Shown here in pieces: positions 38,466 to 47,268 of a stretch of DNA of 64,000 nucleotides. Below the pieces are notes generated by a model, which saw nothing but the letters and a program-made list of their open reading frames with translations, was not told the DNA's origin and made no database searches. Positions within the stretch are counted from its first letter, which is position 1. Each line of letters begins with the position of its first letter. A program made the translations under genes and the position numbers. This DNA is from an uncultured Verrucomicrobiae bacterium (GTDB lineage Bacteria > Verrucomicrobiota > Verrucomicrobiia > Limisphaerales > Palsa-1400): contig CAVPOM010000009.1 of assembly GCA_963707025.1 (NCBI GenBank), forward strand, positions 64,001-128,000, written 5' to 3'.

Positions 38466-39458
38466 TTATTGGTTTGGTCGGATTGGTTGGCTTGGGATGG
38501 GGATTGCTCCGGCGGGAACTGGCTGGGTGGCGGGGCCATTCCCATAATGATAAGTCGTGATTCCTCCTTGCTGGTTTGTTTGGATTTGGATGCCGAGGGC
38601 TTTCTTCAACAACGTCATTTCCTGCTGGAGTTCAGCAGTCTGGCGAGCCTGAATGGCGGCGGCGGAATCCGAATTGCCCATTGGTTGCTCAATCATGGCG
38701 TTGATGACTTTTCTGGCGACGTTGATGGCATCCTGCCTGCCCGTGGCCACCAGCAAGTTGGCCCCTGGATGAAATTGGAACTGGACCACTATGCCCGGAC
38801 CGTAAACCGATCTGACAGTCTTGCCAACGATTTCCCTCGTGGTCTCAATTGTTTGTTCCTTAAATGCCTGGAACTTGGTGTCCTCCATCTTCTCGGAATC
38901 TCGCTGTTGATTAAAATAGGAAGAGAAATTGAAGACTTCGACTTCGTTTTGTGGTGGCGCGCCAGACGCTCTTTCTTTAAAGAACTGGTCGCTGGCCTCA
39001 AGGGTGTACAACGACGGCGACCCGGCGCCCCCGACCAAACCGCCCTTCCAGTTGAACTTCCCTCCACTGGCGACGCGGAGGGCCGCCAATTCCTCTTCCA
39101 AGTCAGCACCGTGAAGTTTCAGATCGGAAATCTCGACATCCCCCAGTTCCGGCGCCACGGCAATGTTGGCTTCAGGGTGCTTGTCGCGCAGGAGTTTCAC
39201 AATCCTACCAAGCAGGGGGGCTTCCTGGGCATACTCTCCCTTTTGATTGCCCGGTTGGCGCAGCCGTAGCGCGCCGTTCTCGATCTCAAGATCGTATTGC
39301 ATCGGCGCGGGGGACTGCGATGGCTCCGCACGTCGGAGTTCTCTTCTGGGTTGTGGCGCGTCATTGCTTTGCGCCTGGGCCGGCCCAGGCGCCAGGGCCA
39401 GGACGGCGGCAAAGGCCAGGGCGGTGAGGACGCGGCGGAACATAAGGTGTGTTTTCAT
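38466..39458 (-). CDS. Secreted hypothetical protein with a secretin-N/NolW-like segment
   Basis: Signal peptide ending AQAQ; FHPGANLLVATG..DAINVARKVINAM. Confidence 0.6.
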   Translation of the reverse strand: MKTHLMFRRVLTALAFAAVLALAPGPAQAQSNDAPQPRRELRRAEPSQSPAPMQYDLEIENGALRLRQPGNQKGEYAQEAPLLGRIVKLLRDKHPEANIAVAPELGDVEISDLKLHGADLEEELAALRVASGGKFNWKGGLVGGAGSPSLYTLEASDQFFKERASGAPPQNEVEVFNFSSYFNQQRDSEKMEDTKFQAFKEQTIETTREIVGKTVRSVYGPGIVVQFQFHPGANLLVATGRQDAINVARKVINAMIEQPMGNSDSAAAIQARQTAELQQEMTLLKKALGIQIQTNQQGGITTYHYGNGPATQPVPAGAIPIPSQPIRPNQ

Positions 39459-39552
39459 AGAATCATTAGCATGAACCGGTTCACTTTGCATGCTTCTTTT
39501 CTCACTACACGCCCGCCGGCCCTGAAATCCTTCAACAAAAACACCTCCCCGC

Positions 39553-39622
39553 CAGGGCGAGGCTCCGCCGAGCCGTGAATAATTCCCAAGAAATCAAGTC
39601 ACGGCTCGACGGAGTCCCGCCC
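39553..39622. repeat. REP-like palindrome
   Basis: AGGGCGAGGCTCCGCCGAGCCGTGA...TCACGGCTCGACGGAGTCCCGCCC inverted arms. Confidence 0.7.
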
Positions 39623-39751
39623 TAGAGCGGATTAAAAAATGATGTAGCCAAAACGAAGCTCCTCCCTCTCCTCCTCGGGAGGAGAGGGCCGGGGAGAGGA
39701 GGCCTTTCGGTCGGCTTCCGTGCGGCTACAGTTTTCATGAAATTGCTCTAG
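39622..39751. mobile_element. MITE-like element (130 bp) bounded by CTAGAGC/GCTCTAG
   Basis: Inverted termini, internal TGTAGCC/GGCTACA pair and CCCTCTCC hairpin; a second partial copy lies at 35881. Confidence 0.6.
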
Positions 39752-39803
39752 CGGGCTGGAATCCGGCTTGATCTCAGCGGGGTCTGGCTGCTAATTTCCC
39801 CCC

Positions 39804-40289
39804 ATGCGACGCGCCTGTTTTTGCCTGGCCATGCTGTGCCTGATGACCATGACGGCCCGGCCCGCTGCCGCGGCGCAGGGCAAAGTCATCAAGGCCCTGC
39901 CCGAGTTTCTTGACAAGCAGGGCCAAGCCTCGCTTTCCCCCAGTTTATATGAGCGCGACGCCTACCAGGCGTATTTGCGCAAACATCCCGGCGAGCGGAC
40001 GGCGCTGCGCCTGGCCGTGCAGTGGAAGGCCGGCGGGGTGGATTGGGGCCGGGTGAAATTGCGCGCCGAACTGCGCGGCGTGCTGGGCAACGCCCTTCAC
40101 ACCACCACCCTGGAAACGCCCGTCAAGAAGAACGGCCATTTCAGCCAGTGGACCGATTTCACCATTGCCGGGGACGATTTCAAAAAATTCGGCCAACTCG
40201 CGGCCTGGCGCGTGACGTTGTGGGAGGGTGAAAAGCAACTCGGCTCCCAGCAGTCCTTCCTGTGGTCCCCCGTGGGCGATGAAAATTAA
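39804..40289 (+). CDS. Secreted hypothetical protein
   Basis: Signal peptide; SLSPSLYERDAYQA and AWRVTLW...SFLW. Confidence 0.75.
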   Translation: MRRACFCLAMLCLMTMTARPAAAAQGKVIKALPEFLDKQGQASLSPSLYERDAYQAYLRKHPGERTALRLAVQWKAGGVDWGRVKLRAELRGVLGNALHTTTLETPVKKNGHFSQWTDFTIAGDDFKKFGQLAAWRVTLWEGEKQLGSQQSFLWSPVGDEN

Positions 40290-40309
40290 GCCCCTCCCTC
40301 CTCCTCTCC

Positions 40310-40343
40310 ATCTTAATCCTAATCTTAATCTTAATCCCAATCC
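40310..40343. repeat. Hexamer tandem repeat (TAATCT-like)
   Basis: tcttaatcctaatcttaatcttaatcccaatcc. Confidence 0.8.
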
Positions 40344-40345
40344 GG

Positions 40346-40744
40346 ATGCCAAAGATTCCACCAACCGCATTTGAACCCATCTTCCTCCGCTTGCGGGCCA
40401 TCCTTCTGCAACAGGCCGGAGCGCTGGCCGTGAAGACCGACGCGCCCGACTGCTATAGCCTGCAGGCCCCTGCCGGCCCCGCCGCCGTCCAGGCCTGGGG
40501 CGGCAAGGTGAGGAGGCCGGTGATTCCCGTGGCCTGGGTCCAGATTGGCAAGGCCTATGTGAGCTATCATCTCATGGGCGCTGATGGAGGCAAGACGATC
40601 CCGCCCGCGCTGCAGGCGCGCATGCAAGGCAAGACCTGCTTCAACTTCAAGAACATGGACGAACCGCTCTTCAGGGAGCTTGAGCAATTGACCGCTCAGG
40701 CCATCGCCCGCATGAGAACGGCCGGATTCATCAGCGCCAAATAA
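40346..40744 (+). CDS. Hypothetical protein (DUF1801-like)
   Basis: KAYVSYHLM and RMQGKTCFNFK. Confidence 0.7.
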   Translation: MPKIPPTAFEPIFLRLRAILLQQAGALAVKTDAPDCYSLQAPAGPAAVQAWGGKVRRPVIPVAWVQIGKAYVSYHLMGADGGKTIPPALQARMQGKTCFNFKNMDEPLFRELEQLTAQAIARMRTAGFISAK

Positions 40745-40745
40745 A

Positions 40746-41471
40746 TCAGCCGTCTTCGGCCTTCTTGCTTTTGCCTTCCGCCTTTTCCGTCTTTTCCGTC
40801 TTGTCCCCCTTCTCGTGTTTCTCGTGTTTTTCCGCCTTGGGCGCGCGCGGTTTCTTTTCAGGGCGGGCGGCGGTCCCGGCGGATTCAGGGGCGGCGCTTT
40901 CTTCGGCGCGGGCGGTTTCGGCGCGGCGATGACCGCGGGATTCGGTCCGGGCGCGCCCTTCCCTGGCTTCCCTGCCTTCGGCGGGCGCGGCCTGGGGTGC
41001 GGGCGCGGGCGGCGGCGTGGTGCTTTCAATGCGCACTTTCAAGGGCGCAGTCACATCGGTATGGAGGCGAAGCTCGACGACGTGTTCGCCCAGGGTCTTG
41101 ATGGGGTGTTCCAGATAAATTTTCCTTTTTTCCAGCACGATGTCGAACTGGGTCTTCAACTGGTCGGCAATCATCCCCGCCGTGATGGCGCCAAACATTT
41201 TGCCGTCCTCGCCGGTCTTGACCGCGATGACGGCGATGAGATTGGACACGCTCTTGGCCAACTCGGACATGCTGCTGAATTCATGGGCCTCGCGTTCGCC
41301 CCGGCGTTTTTTGAGGGCTTCGATGCGCTTCCTGTTGGTGGCCGTCAGCGGCACGGCCAGGCCCTGGGGAAACAAGTAATTGCGGGCGTAGCCGGCGGCG
41401 ACTCTGACTTGGTCGGATTCTCCGCCCAAGCCAACGATGTTCTGGATGAGGATGACTTCGGTTTTTGCCAT
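40746..41471 (-). CDS. rplI: 50S ribosomal protein L9 with a long charged C-terminal tail
   Basis: VILIQNIVGLG, GYARNYLFP, GKMFGAIT and PIKTLGEH; start at ATG 41471. Confidence 0.95.
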   Translation of the reverse strand: MAKTEVILIQNIVGLGGESDQVRVAAGYARNYLFPQGLAVPLTATNRKRIEALKKRRGEREAHEFSSMSELAKSVSNLIAVIAVKTGEDGKMFGAITAGMIADQLKTQFDIVLEKRKIYLEHPIKTLGEHVVELRLHTDVTAPLKVRIESTTPPPAPAPQAAPAEGREAREGRARTESRGHRRAETARAEESAAPESAGTAARPEKKPRAPKAEKHEKHEKGDKTEKTEKAEGKSKKAEDG

Positions 41472-41532
41472 AAAATTCAGGGGTTCAGGGCCGGAAGCAA
41501 GGCCTGCGGCCGGTGATTCCGGGGAAAAGGGG

Positions 41533-42006
41533 TTAAAAGGGAACGTCGTCTTCTTCGGGCGGCGCCTCGCCCTCCGGCGGGCCGCCGGCGGCAGCGGGTT
41601 TGTCCGGGGCGGCGGGGCGGCGGGGCGGTTCGCCGGAAGGCACTGCGCCTCCACCGGCGCCGCCCTCGGCGGCTTTGGAATCAAGGAAGGAAAAGGATTC
41701 CAAAACGACCTTGAGTTTGGATTGTTTTTGATGGGTGTTTTTGTCTTCCCAGGTGTCCAGTCTGAGCCGGCCCTCCACCAAAAGGGGCCGGCCTTTGCGC
41801 ATGTATTGGGCGATGACTTCGGCCTGGCGACCCCAGACGTCAACATCCACAAAGGTGACCTCCTCCTTGGCTTCGCCGCTTTCGGATTTCCAAGTGCGGT
41901 TGATGGCCATGCCCATCTTCACCACCGCCGTGCCCTTGGGAGTGTAACGCAGTTCCGGGTCGCGGGTCAGGTTCCCGGCGAGGATGACTTTGTTGAAATT
42001 GGCCAT
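41533..42006 (-). CDS. ssb: Single-stranded DNA-binding protein
   Basis: NKVILAGNLTRDPELRYT and acidic tail DDVPF. Confidence 0.97.
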   Translation of the reverse strand: MANFNKVILAGNLTRDPELRYTPKGTAVVKMGMAINRTWKSESGEAKEEVTFVDVDVWGRQAEVIAQYMRKGRPLLVEGRLRLDTWEDKNTHQKQSKLKVVLESFSFLDSKAAEGGAGGGAVPSGEPPRRPAAPDKPAAAGGPPEGEAPPEEDDVPF

Positions 42007-42033
42007 AGATCACCTTTAGCGGTTTGCCTCGGC

Positions 42034-42354
42034 TTAGGCCGCGACCGGGATGGCCGCCGGCTTGGGCGCGGCGGCCAGGGTAAAGAGGACGCGAAAAACC
42101 TCGGCGTGGTTGACGAAGCGGTGGCGCAGATTGGCCACGGCGGCCGGTTCGCTCTCGAACAAAATGTTGACGTAGTAGCCGGAGCTGTACTTGCGGTCGG
42201 CGACGCGGGAGAAGGCTTTTTTGTCCATCTTTTGAATGGTTTCAACCTTGCCGCCCGCCGCCGCGATCTCGGCGGAGATTTTATCAATGGTGTCCTTCAG
42301 CGCTTCTTCGCGGGCGGCGCTGCTTAAGATGAACAGACCTTCGTAACGTTTCAC
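42034..42354 (-). CDS. rpsF: 30S ribosomal protein S6
   Basis: MKRYEGLFIL and GYYVNI; position upstream of ssb. Confidence 0.9.
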   Translation of the reverse strand: MKRYEGLFILSSAAREEALKDTIDKISAEIAAAGGKVETIQKMDKKAFSRVADRKYSSGYYVNILFESEPAAVANLRHRFVNHAEVFRVLFTLAAAPKPAAIPVAA

Positions 42355-42959
42355 AGTTTTCCTTTTGGCAACGGGGCCGGGGCGGCCCCGTTAAATTGGT
42401 TCATTGCTTGTTTCATACCCGCACGCAGCCAGCATTCCACCTGCTGGCCGGCGCGGCTCAATACTTCATCCACGGCCGGGCGTTCGCCCGGGGCAAACCG
42501 GCCCAGCACATAATGGCTGATCTGCCGGCCATCGTCTTCCCGCCGCCCGATGCCCAGGCGCAAACGCGGATACTCCCGCGTGCCCAACTGCTGCTCGACC
42601 GATTCCAATCCATGATGCCCGCCGCTGCTGCCTTCGGCCCGCAGGCGAATCAGCCCCAGGGGCAAATCCGCGTCATCCACCACCACGAGCAATTGCGCGG
42701 GCGGCAGGCGGTAAAATCCGCGCAAGGCCGCCACTGCCTGGCCGCTGGCGTTCATGAACGTCTGCGGCTGGCACAAAATGATCCGTTTTCCATCCCGTTC
42801 CAGCCGCGCCAGACGGGAACTGAACTTTTTCTCGCGCACCCACGGCGCGCGCCAGCGGGCGGCCAATTGTGCCACCAGCATAAACCCGATATTATGCCGG
42901 GTGCCGGCGTATTCCCGGCCGGGATTGCCCAATCCCGCAATAAGATATAAATTGTCCAT
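42351..42959 (-). CDS. pth: Peptidyl-tRNA hydrolase
   Basis: GLGNPG.EY..TRHNIGF, PQTFMN.SG and GGHHGL. Confidence 0.97.
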   Translation of the reverse strand: MDNLYLIAGLGNPGREYAGTRHNIGFMLVAQLAARWRAPWVREKKFSSRLARLERDGKRIILCQPQTFMNASGQAVAALRGFYRLPPAQLLVVVDDADLPLGLIRLRAEGSSGGHHGLESVEQQLGTREYPRLRLGIGRREDDGRQISHYVLGRFAPGERPAVDEVLSRAGQQVECWLRAGMKQAMNQFNGAAPAPLPKGKL

Positions 42960-43016
42960 GCGGCGCGCGCTGGCTGCCTGGCAACCCCAGCCCGGGGTGT
43001 TGCGCCACCGATAAAA

Positions 43017-43894
43017 TTATCTCCTTCTCTCGGGCCTTTTCTCGGGCCTCTTCTCGCCCCGCTTGTCCGCGGGCTTTTCCGCGACGGGGGGGGAGCGGCC
43101 TTGTCGCCCGGCTTGAGGGCGACTTTCTCGCCCGGCTTGAGAGCCGCTTTCTCGCCTGGTTTGAGGGCCGCCTTCTCGCCCGGTTTGAGGGGGGCCTGCT
43201 CCCCGGGCTTGAGGGCGGCTTCCGGCTTGGCTTCCCCTTCGGCGCCCTCTTCCTTTTTCTCTTTGATCATCTCCACTTCGCCAACGGCGGCGGTGGCGGC
43301 TTCGAGGACGGCGGCTTCCTGGGCCTCGGAGATCGGGGCGGCGACGGCCAGGACGGAAATGTGTTTGTCGCCCAAGATTTCCACCCCCGGCGGGGCTTTG
43401 ATGTCGCCGATGTGAATGGCCTGGCCGATTTCCAGGTGGCTGACATCCAGGACGAGGGACTCCGGCAAATCTTTGGGCAGGGCGCGCACTTTCAATTTGA
43501 AAAGAACGTGTTCCAGCGTGCCGCCGCCGGTTTTGACGCCCAAGGCTTCGCCCACGCTGTCCACGGGCACGGTGAGGATGACTTTTTCGTTCTCGGCGAC
43601 TTCGTGCAAATCAAGGTGCAGCACCTGGTTGGAGAGGACATGGTGCTGGATTTCCTGGATGATGGCCAAGCGGTTGGGCTGGGCGTCGCCCTGCACGGTG
43701 AGGTTGAGCAGGACGTTTTCCGAGGCGGCGCCGTGGACGACATCGCGGATGTCCTGGAGATTGATTTCAAGGTTTTGGGGCTGGTTCAGTTTCCCGTAAA
43801 TGACGGCGGGAACGCGGCCGGCGGCGCGAAGGGTTCTGCAACCGGCCCGCCGGCCCAAAGTGCGCGGAAAGGCTTTCAAAGCAATAGATTTCAT
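43017..43894 (-). CDS. rplY: 50S ribosomal protein L25/Ctc; apparent frameshift in the G-run at 43086-43093
   Basis: GRVPAVIYG, LHLDL and GVKTGGG; the corrected frame ends ...EKPADKRGEKRPEKRPERRR* at 43017. Confidence 0.92.
43101..43229 (-). repeat. 24-bp coding tandem repeat (about 5 x ALKPGEKA) in the L25 tail
   Basis: AALKPGEQ APLKPGEK AALKPGEK AALKPGEK VALKPGDK. Confidence 0.85.
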
Positions 43895-43939
43895 CTGTTC
43901 AGCATTTTATAATAATTGGCCGGCCAGCGCCAGCATAAC

Positions 43940-44884
43940 CTAACTGGTCCGGCCGCCCTTAAACTCAAATAACGAAGTGATCGACGAATTGCAATTAATT
44001 CGCTTGATCGCTTCGCCCAACAGGCCGGCGACGGACAGACAGGTAATTTTCAAGCCGTCAATCGCCGGGCGGAGGACGGTATCAGTCGTGACCAATTCGT
44101 CAATGCAAGATTTTCGGAGCCTTTGGATGCCGATTTCGTTCAAAATGGCGTGGGAGACGCAGGCGATGATTTTTTTGGCCCCCTTGCGCTTGAGCAGGGT
44201 GGCGGCGTTGACGAGGGTTCCGGCCGTTTCGGTCAGGTCGTCCACCAGGAGAACGTTGCGGCCGCGGATTTCGCCGATGACGGCCATGGCTTCAGTTTCG
44301 GTGGCATTTTTGCGGCGTTTGGCCACGATGGCCAGGCCGGCTTCCAGGACCTGGGAATAGGCATGGGCCATTTTCAGGCCGCCGACATCGGGGCTGACAA
44401 CCACCAAATCAGGGACGTGCATGGGTTTGAGATACTCGTACATGACGGGGGCGGCATAAAGATGATCCACCGGGATGTCGAAAAAGCCCTGAATTTGCTG
44501 GGCGTGCAGGTCCATGGTCAAGATGCGGCTGGCCCCGGCGGCGACCAGCAGATTGGCCACCAGCTTGGCCGTGATGGGCACGCGGGGCTGGTCCTTGCGG
44601 TCCTGCCGGGCGTAACCGTAAAAGGGAAGAACGGCGGTGATGCGCGAAGCGCTGGCCCGGCGCACCGCGTCCATCATTATGAACAGCTCCATCAAGTAAT
44701 GGTTGGTGGGGGGGCTGGTGGACTGGACGATGAAGACATCCTCGCCGCGGATATTTTCCTCGATTTTGACGAACGTTTCGCCATCGGGAAAGGCGCTGAC
44801 GGTGCATTTGCCCAACTCCATGCTGATGGAGGCGGCGATGCTTTTGGCCAGCGGGAGATTGGACGTGCCGCTAAAAATTTTCAC
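43940..44884 (-). CDS. prs: Ribose-phosphate pyrophosphokinase
   Basis: FPDGE, YGYARQDRK, DLHAQQIQGFF and VSPDVGG; GTG start at 44884. Confidence 0.97.
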   Translation of the reverse strand: MKIFSGTSNLPLAKSIAASISMELGKCTVSAFPDGETFVKIEENIRGEDVFIVQSTSPPTNHYLMELFIMMDAVRRASASRITAVLPFYGYARQDRKDQPRVPITAKLVANLLVAAGASRILTMDLHAQQIQGFFDIPVDHLYAAPVMYEYLKPMHVPDLVVVSPDVGGLKMAHAYSQVLEAGLAIVAKRRKNATETEAMAVIGEIRGRNVLLVDDLTETAGTLVNAATLLKRKGAKKIIACVSHAILNEIGIQRLRKSCIDELVTTDTVLRPAIDGLKITCLSVAGLLGEAIKRINCNSSITSLFEFKGGRTS

Positions 44885-45109
44885 AGATTTGGCTTTGCTC
44901 AAAAAATGAAACCACCGCAATGGTGGCTCGAATGTGGCGGCAATGTAACAACTGCCCCGCGCGATGCAAGCACGAAACACCGCCAGCGGAGATGGGAGGG
45001 CGGCGGCTCTGAAACCCAAACCACCAGGTTAAAACCGGGCAATGAAATCAGGGCGAAATTGGAAATCACCGGTTACCGCACCAACTCCAGTGTTGTATTC
45101 GAACCTTGG

Positions 45110-45185
45110 TGGTGACCCCACCAGGAATTGAACCTGGATCACAAGTTTAGGAAACTCGTGCTCTATCCGTTTGAGCTATGGGGCC
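45110..45185 (-). tRNA. tRNA-Arg (anticodon CCT)
   Basis: GGCCCCA/TGGGGTC acceptor, CGAGT-TTCCTAA-ACTTG anticodon arm, GGTTCAATTCC T-arm, encoded CCA. Confidence 0.95.
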
Positions 45186-45236
45186 GGCCCGCATCCAGTT
45201 TACCTCCGCCCGCCGGCGCGGCAAGAAGGAAGGTTG

Positions 45237-45271
45237 GAAATGCAAAATGCAGAATGCAAAATGCAAAATGG
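45237..45271. repeat. Heptamer tandem repeat (TGCAAAA-like x4)
   Basis: aaatgcaaaatgcagaatgcaaaatgcaaaatg. Confidence 0.8.
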
Positions 45272-45520
45272 GGAGGGGAGCCACGGCTCAACGGAATCGC
45301 GCCCTGGCGGGGGATGGGCGCATCCGGGCCGATTAGGCGTGGGGCGAGGGAAATGTTAAATCGCTTGGAGGGGCAAGGCGGGGTTGCTTTCGTGATTCCA
45401 TTCCGGCATGTTGGCGGCGGCTCCAAGGCAGAGGGCCGTGGTTTTGGGCGTGCCAGGCGGCACATTAAAAAATAAAGATTTGAGTGTGCCAGCAAAGAAT
45501 ACCCCGCATGTAACAACCCG

Positions 45521-46306
45521 ATGATTCGCGCTCACCATCTGACCAAGATGTTCGGTTCGCTGGCCGCGGTGCGGGACATTTCCTTCGACATCAAGGCAGG
45601 GGAAATCGTGGCCTTTCTGGGGCCAAACGGCGCCGGCAAAACGACCACGATCAAAATGCTCACGACGCTGTTGAAACCGACCAGCGGCCAGATCGAATTG
45701 GATGGGCTGGACCCGGCCAGCCAGCCCAATGAAGTGCGCCGGCGCTTTGGCATCGTATTTCAAGACCCCAGCTTGGACGATGAGTTGACGGCGCAGGAGA
45801 ATATGGAGATTCACGGCGCCCTCTACAAGGTGGCGCGGCCGCTGCGCGCCGAACGCATTGAAAAACTGCTCAAACTGTTTGAGTTGTGGGATCGGCGGCA
45901 GGAACCGGCGAAACGCTTTTCCGGCGGAATGCGCCGCCGGCTGGAAATCGCGCGCAGCCTGCTGCACACCCCCCGGATACTGTTCCTGGATGAGCCGACC
46001 CTCGGACTGGATCCGCAAACCCGCAATCAGCTCTGGACGCAAGTCAAGAAACTCAACGAAGAGGAGAGCGTCACCGTTTTCCTGACCACGCATTACATGG
46101 AGGAGGCGGAACGGGTGGCGCGGCGGGTCTTCATCATTGATGGCGGGCGCATCATCGCGCAGGGATCGCCGCAGGAACTGAAACAGCAGACCGGCGCGGA
46201 AACCTTGGAACAGGCTTTTCTCGCCCTGACCGGCTCGACCATTCGCGAGGAGGAGGCCAACCCGACCGACCAAATGCGCCGTCTGGCCAGGGCTTGGAGG
46301 CGGTAA
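45521..46306 (+). CDS. ABC transporter ATP-binding protein (DrrA-like)
   Basis: GPNGAGKTT, FSGGMRRR, LFLDEPT.GLDP and TTHYMEEA. Confidence 0.93.
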   Translation: MIRAHHLTKMFGSLAAVRDISFDIKAGEIVAFLGPNGAGKTTTIKMLTTLLKPTSGQIELDGLDPASQPNEVRRRFGIVFQDPSLDDELTAQENMEIHGALYKVARPLRAERIEKLLKLFELWDRRQEPAKRFSGGMRRRLEIARSLLHTPRILFLDEPTLGLDPQTRNQLWTQVKKLNEEESVTVFLTTHYMEEAERVARRVFIIDGGRIIAQGSPQELKQQTGAETLEQAFLALTGSTIREEEANPTDQMRRLARAWRR

Positions 46307-46316
46307 GGATCAATTT

Positions 46317-47063
46317 ATGAATGTCATCTACATCCTCTGGCTGCGGCAAATGAAACGGTACGTGCGTTCCCGGTCGCGGGTGGTGGGCTCCCTGGCCCAA
46401 CCGCTCTTATACCTGCTGGGGATGGGCTACGGCCTGGGCCCGGTCTTTCAACGGGCCGGCATGGGCAGCTACGTCCAGTTTATCGCGCCGGGTTTGATTG
46501 CCATGACCATCCAATTTACCTCGGTGTTCTCGGGGATCGAGTTGCTCATGGACCGGCAGTTTGGTTTCTTGAAGGAAACCCTGGTGGCGCCGGTGCCCCG
46601 GCTTTGGATCATATTGGGCCGGATTTTGGGCGGCGCCACCGTGGCCTTCCTGCAAGGATTGATTTTCCTGGGCGTTTGCCTGCTGGCGGGATTTCGCTGG
46701 CACGACATCGGCGCACTGCCCCTGGCCTTCCTTTTTATGGCGCTGATTGGGATGGTCTTCACCGCGGTGGGGTCGGCCATTGGATCGGCCATGCGCGATT
46801 TTCAAGGTTTTCAGTTCGTCGTCGGTTTCTTCATCATGCCGGTTTTTTTTCTTTCGGGCGCCATGTTTCCGCTCACCAACCTGCCGCCGGTTCTGACCCT
46901 CCTCACCCGGCTGGATCCGCTTTCCTACGGCGTGGATGGCCTGCGCCATGCGCTCAACGGCGTGGTTCACTTCGGACTGGCCTCGGATGTAGCCGTGCTG
47001 GCCGCGGTCGCGGCGCTGATGCTCGTCTTGAGCAGCTATCTGTTCTCAAAGATAGAGCCTTGA
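46317..47063 (+). CDS. ABC-2 type permease (DrrB-like)
   Basis: DRQFGFLKETLVAP, FFLSGAMFP and PLSYGVDGLR. Confidence 0.92.
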   Translation: MNVIYILWLRQMKRYVRSRSRVVGSLAQPLLYLLGMGYGLGPVFQRAGMGSYVQFIAPGLIAMTIQFTSVFSGIELLMDRQFGFLKETLVAPVPRLWIILGRILGGATVAFLQGLIFLGVCLLAGFRWHDIGALPLAFLFMALIGMVFTAVGSAIGSAMRDFQGFQFVVGFFIMPVFFLSGAMFPLTNLPPVLTLLTRLDPLSYGVDGLRHALNGVVHFGLASDVAVLAAVAALMLVLSSYLFSKIEP

Positions 47064-47268
47064 CTTGCGGCCGGAAGACAGCCTTCCGGGGTTTGCGCGC
47101 GCCTCTTGACGCTGCTACCGGGCTGCGCCGCAAGAATGCCACGGAGTGCGCCCTTCCCCCGGCGCCGCAGCGTGCAAAACACGGCGCGCCGGGGATCTTC
47201 CCGCGCTCCTCCTCCCAAATAGTCCTGCTCGTCATGGGGCTGGTTTGGCCTTAAGATGGACGGCGCGC

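Noticed and set aside
41472..41852. N-terminal extension of L9 in the ORF track
   Set aside because: It is an alternative frame overlapping ssb; L9 homology starts at ATG 41471.
42752..43016. L25 ORF extending 200 bp into pth (380 aa)
   Set aside because: Explained by a one-base indel in a G8 run; the corrected frame stops at 43017.
43101..43229. CRISPR-like periodic repeats
   Set aside because: These are 24-bp degenerate tandem units without spacers inside a coding sequence; no cas genes or repeat-spacer array were seen anywhere in the window.
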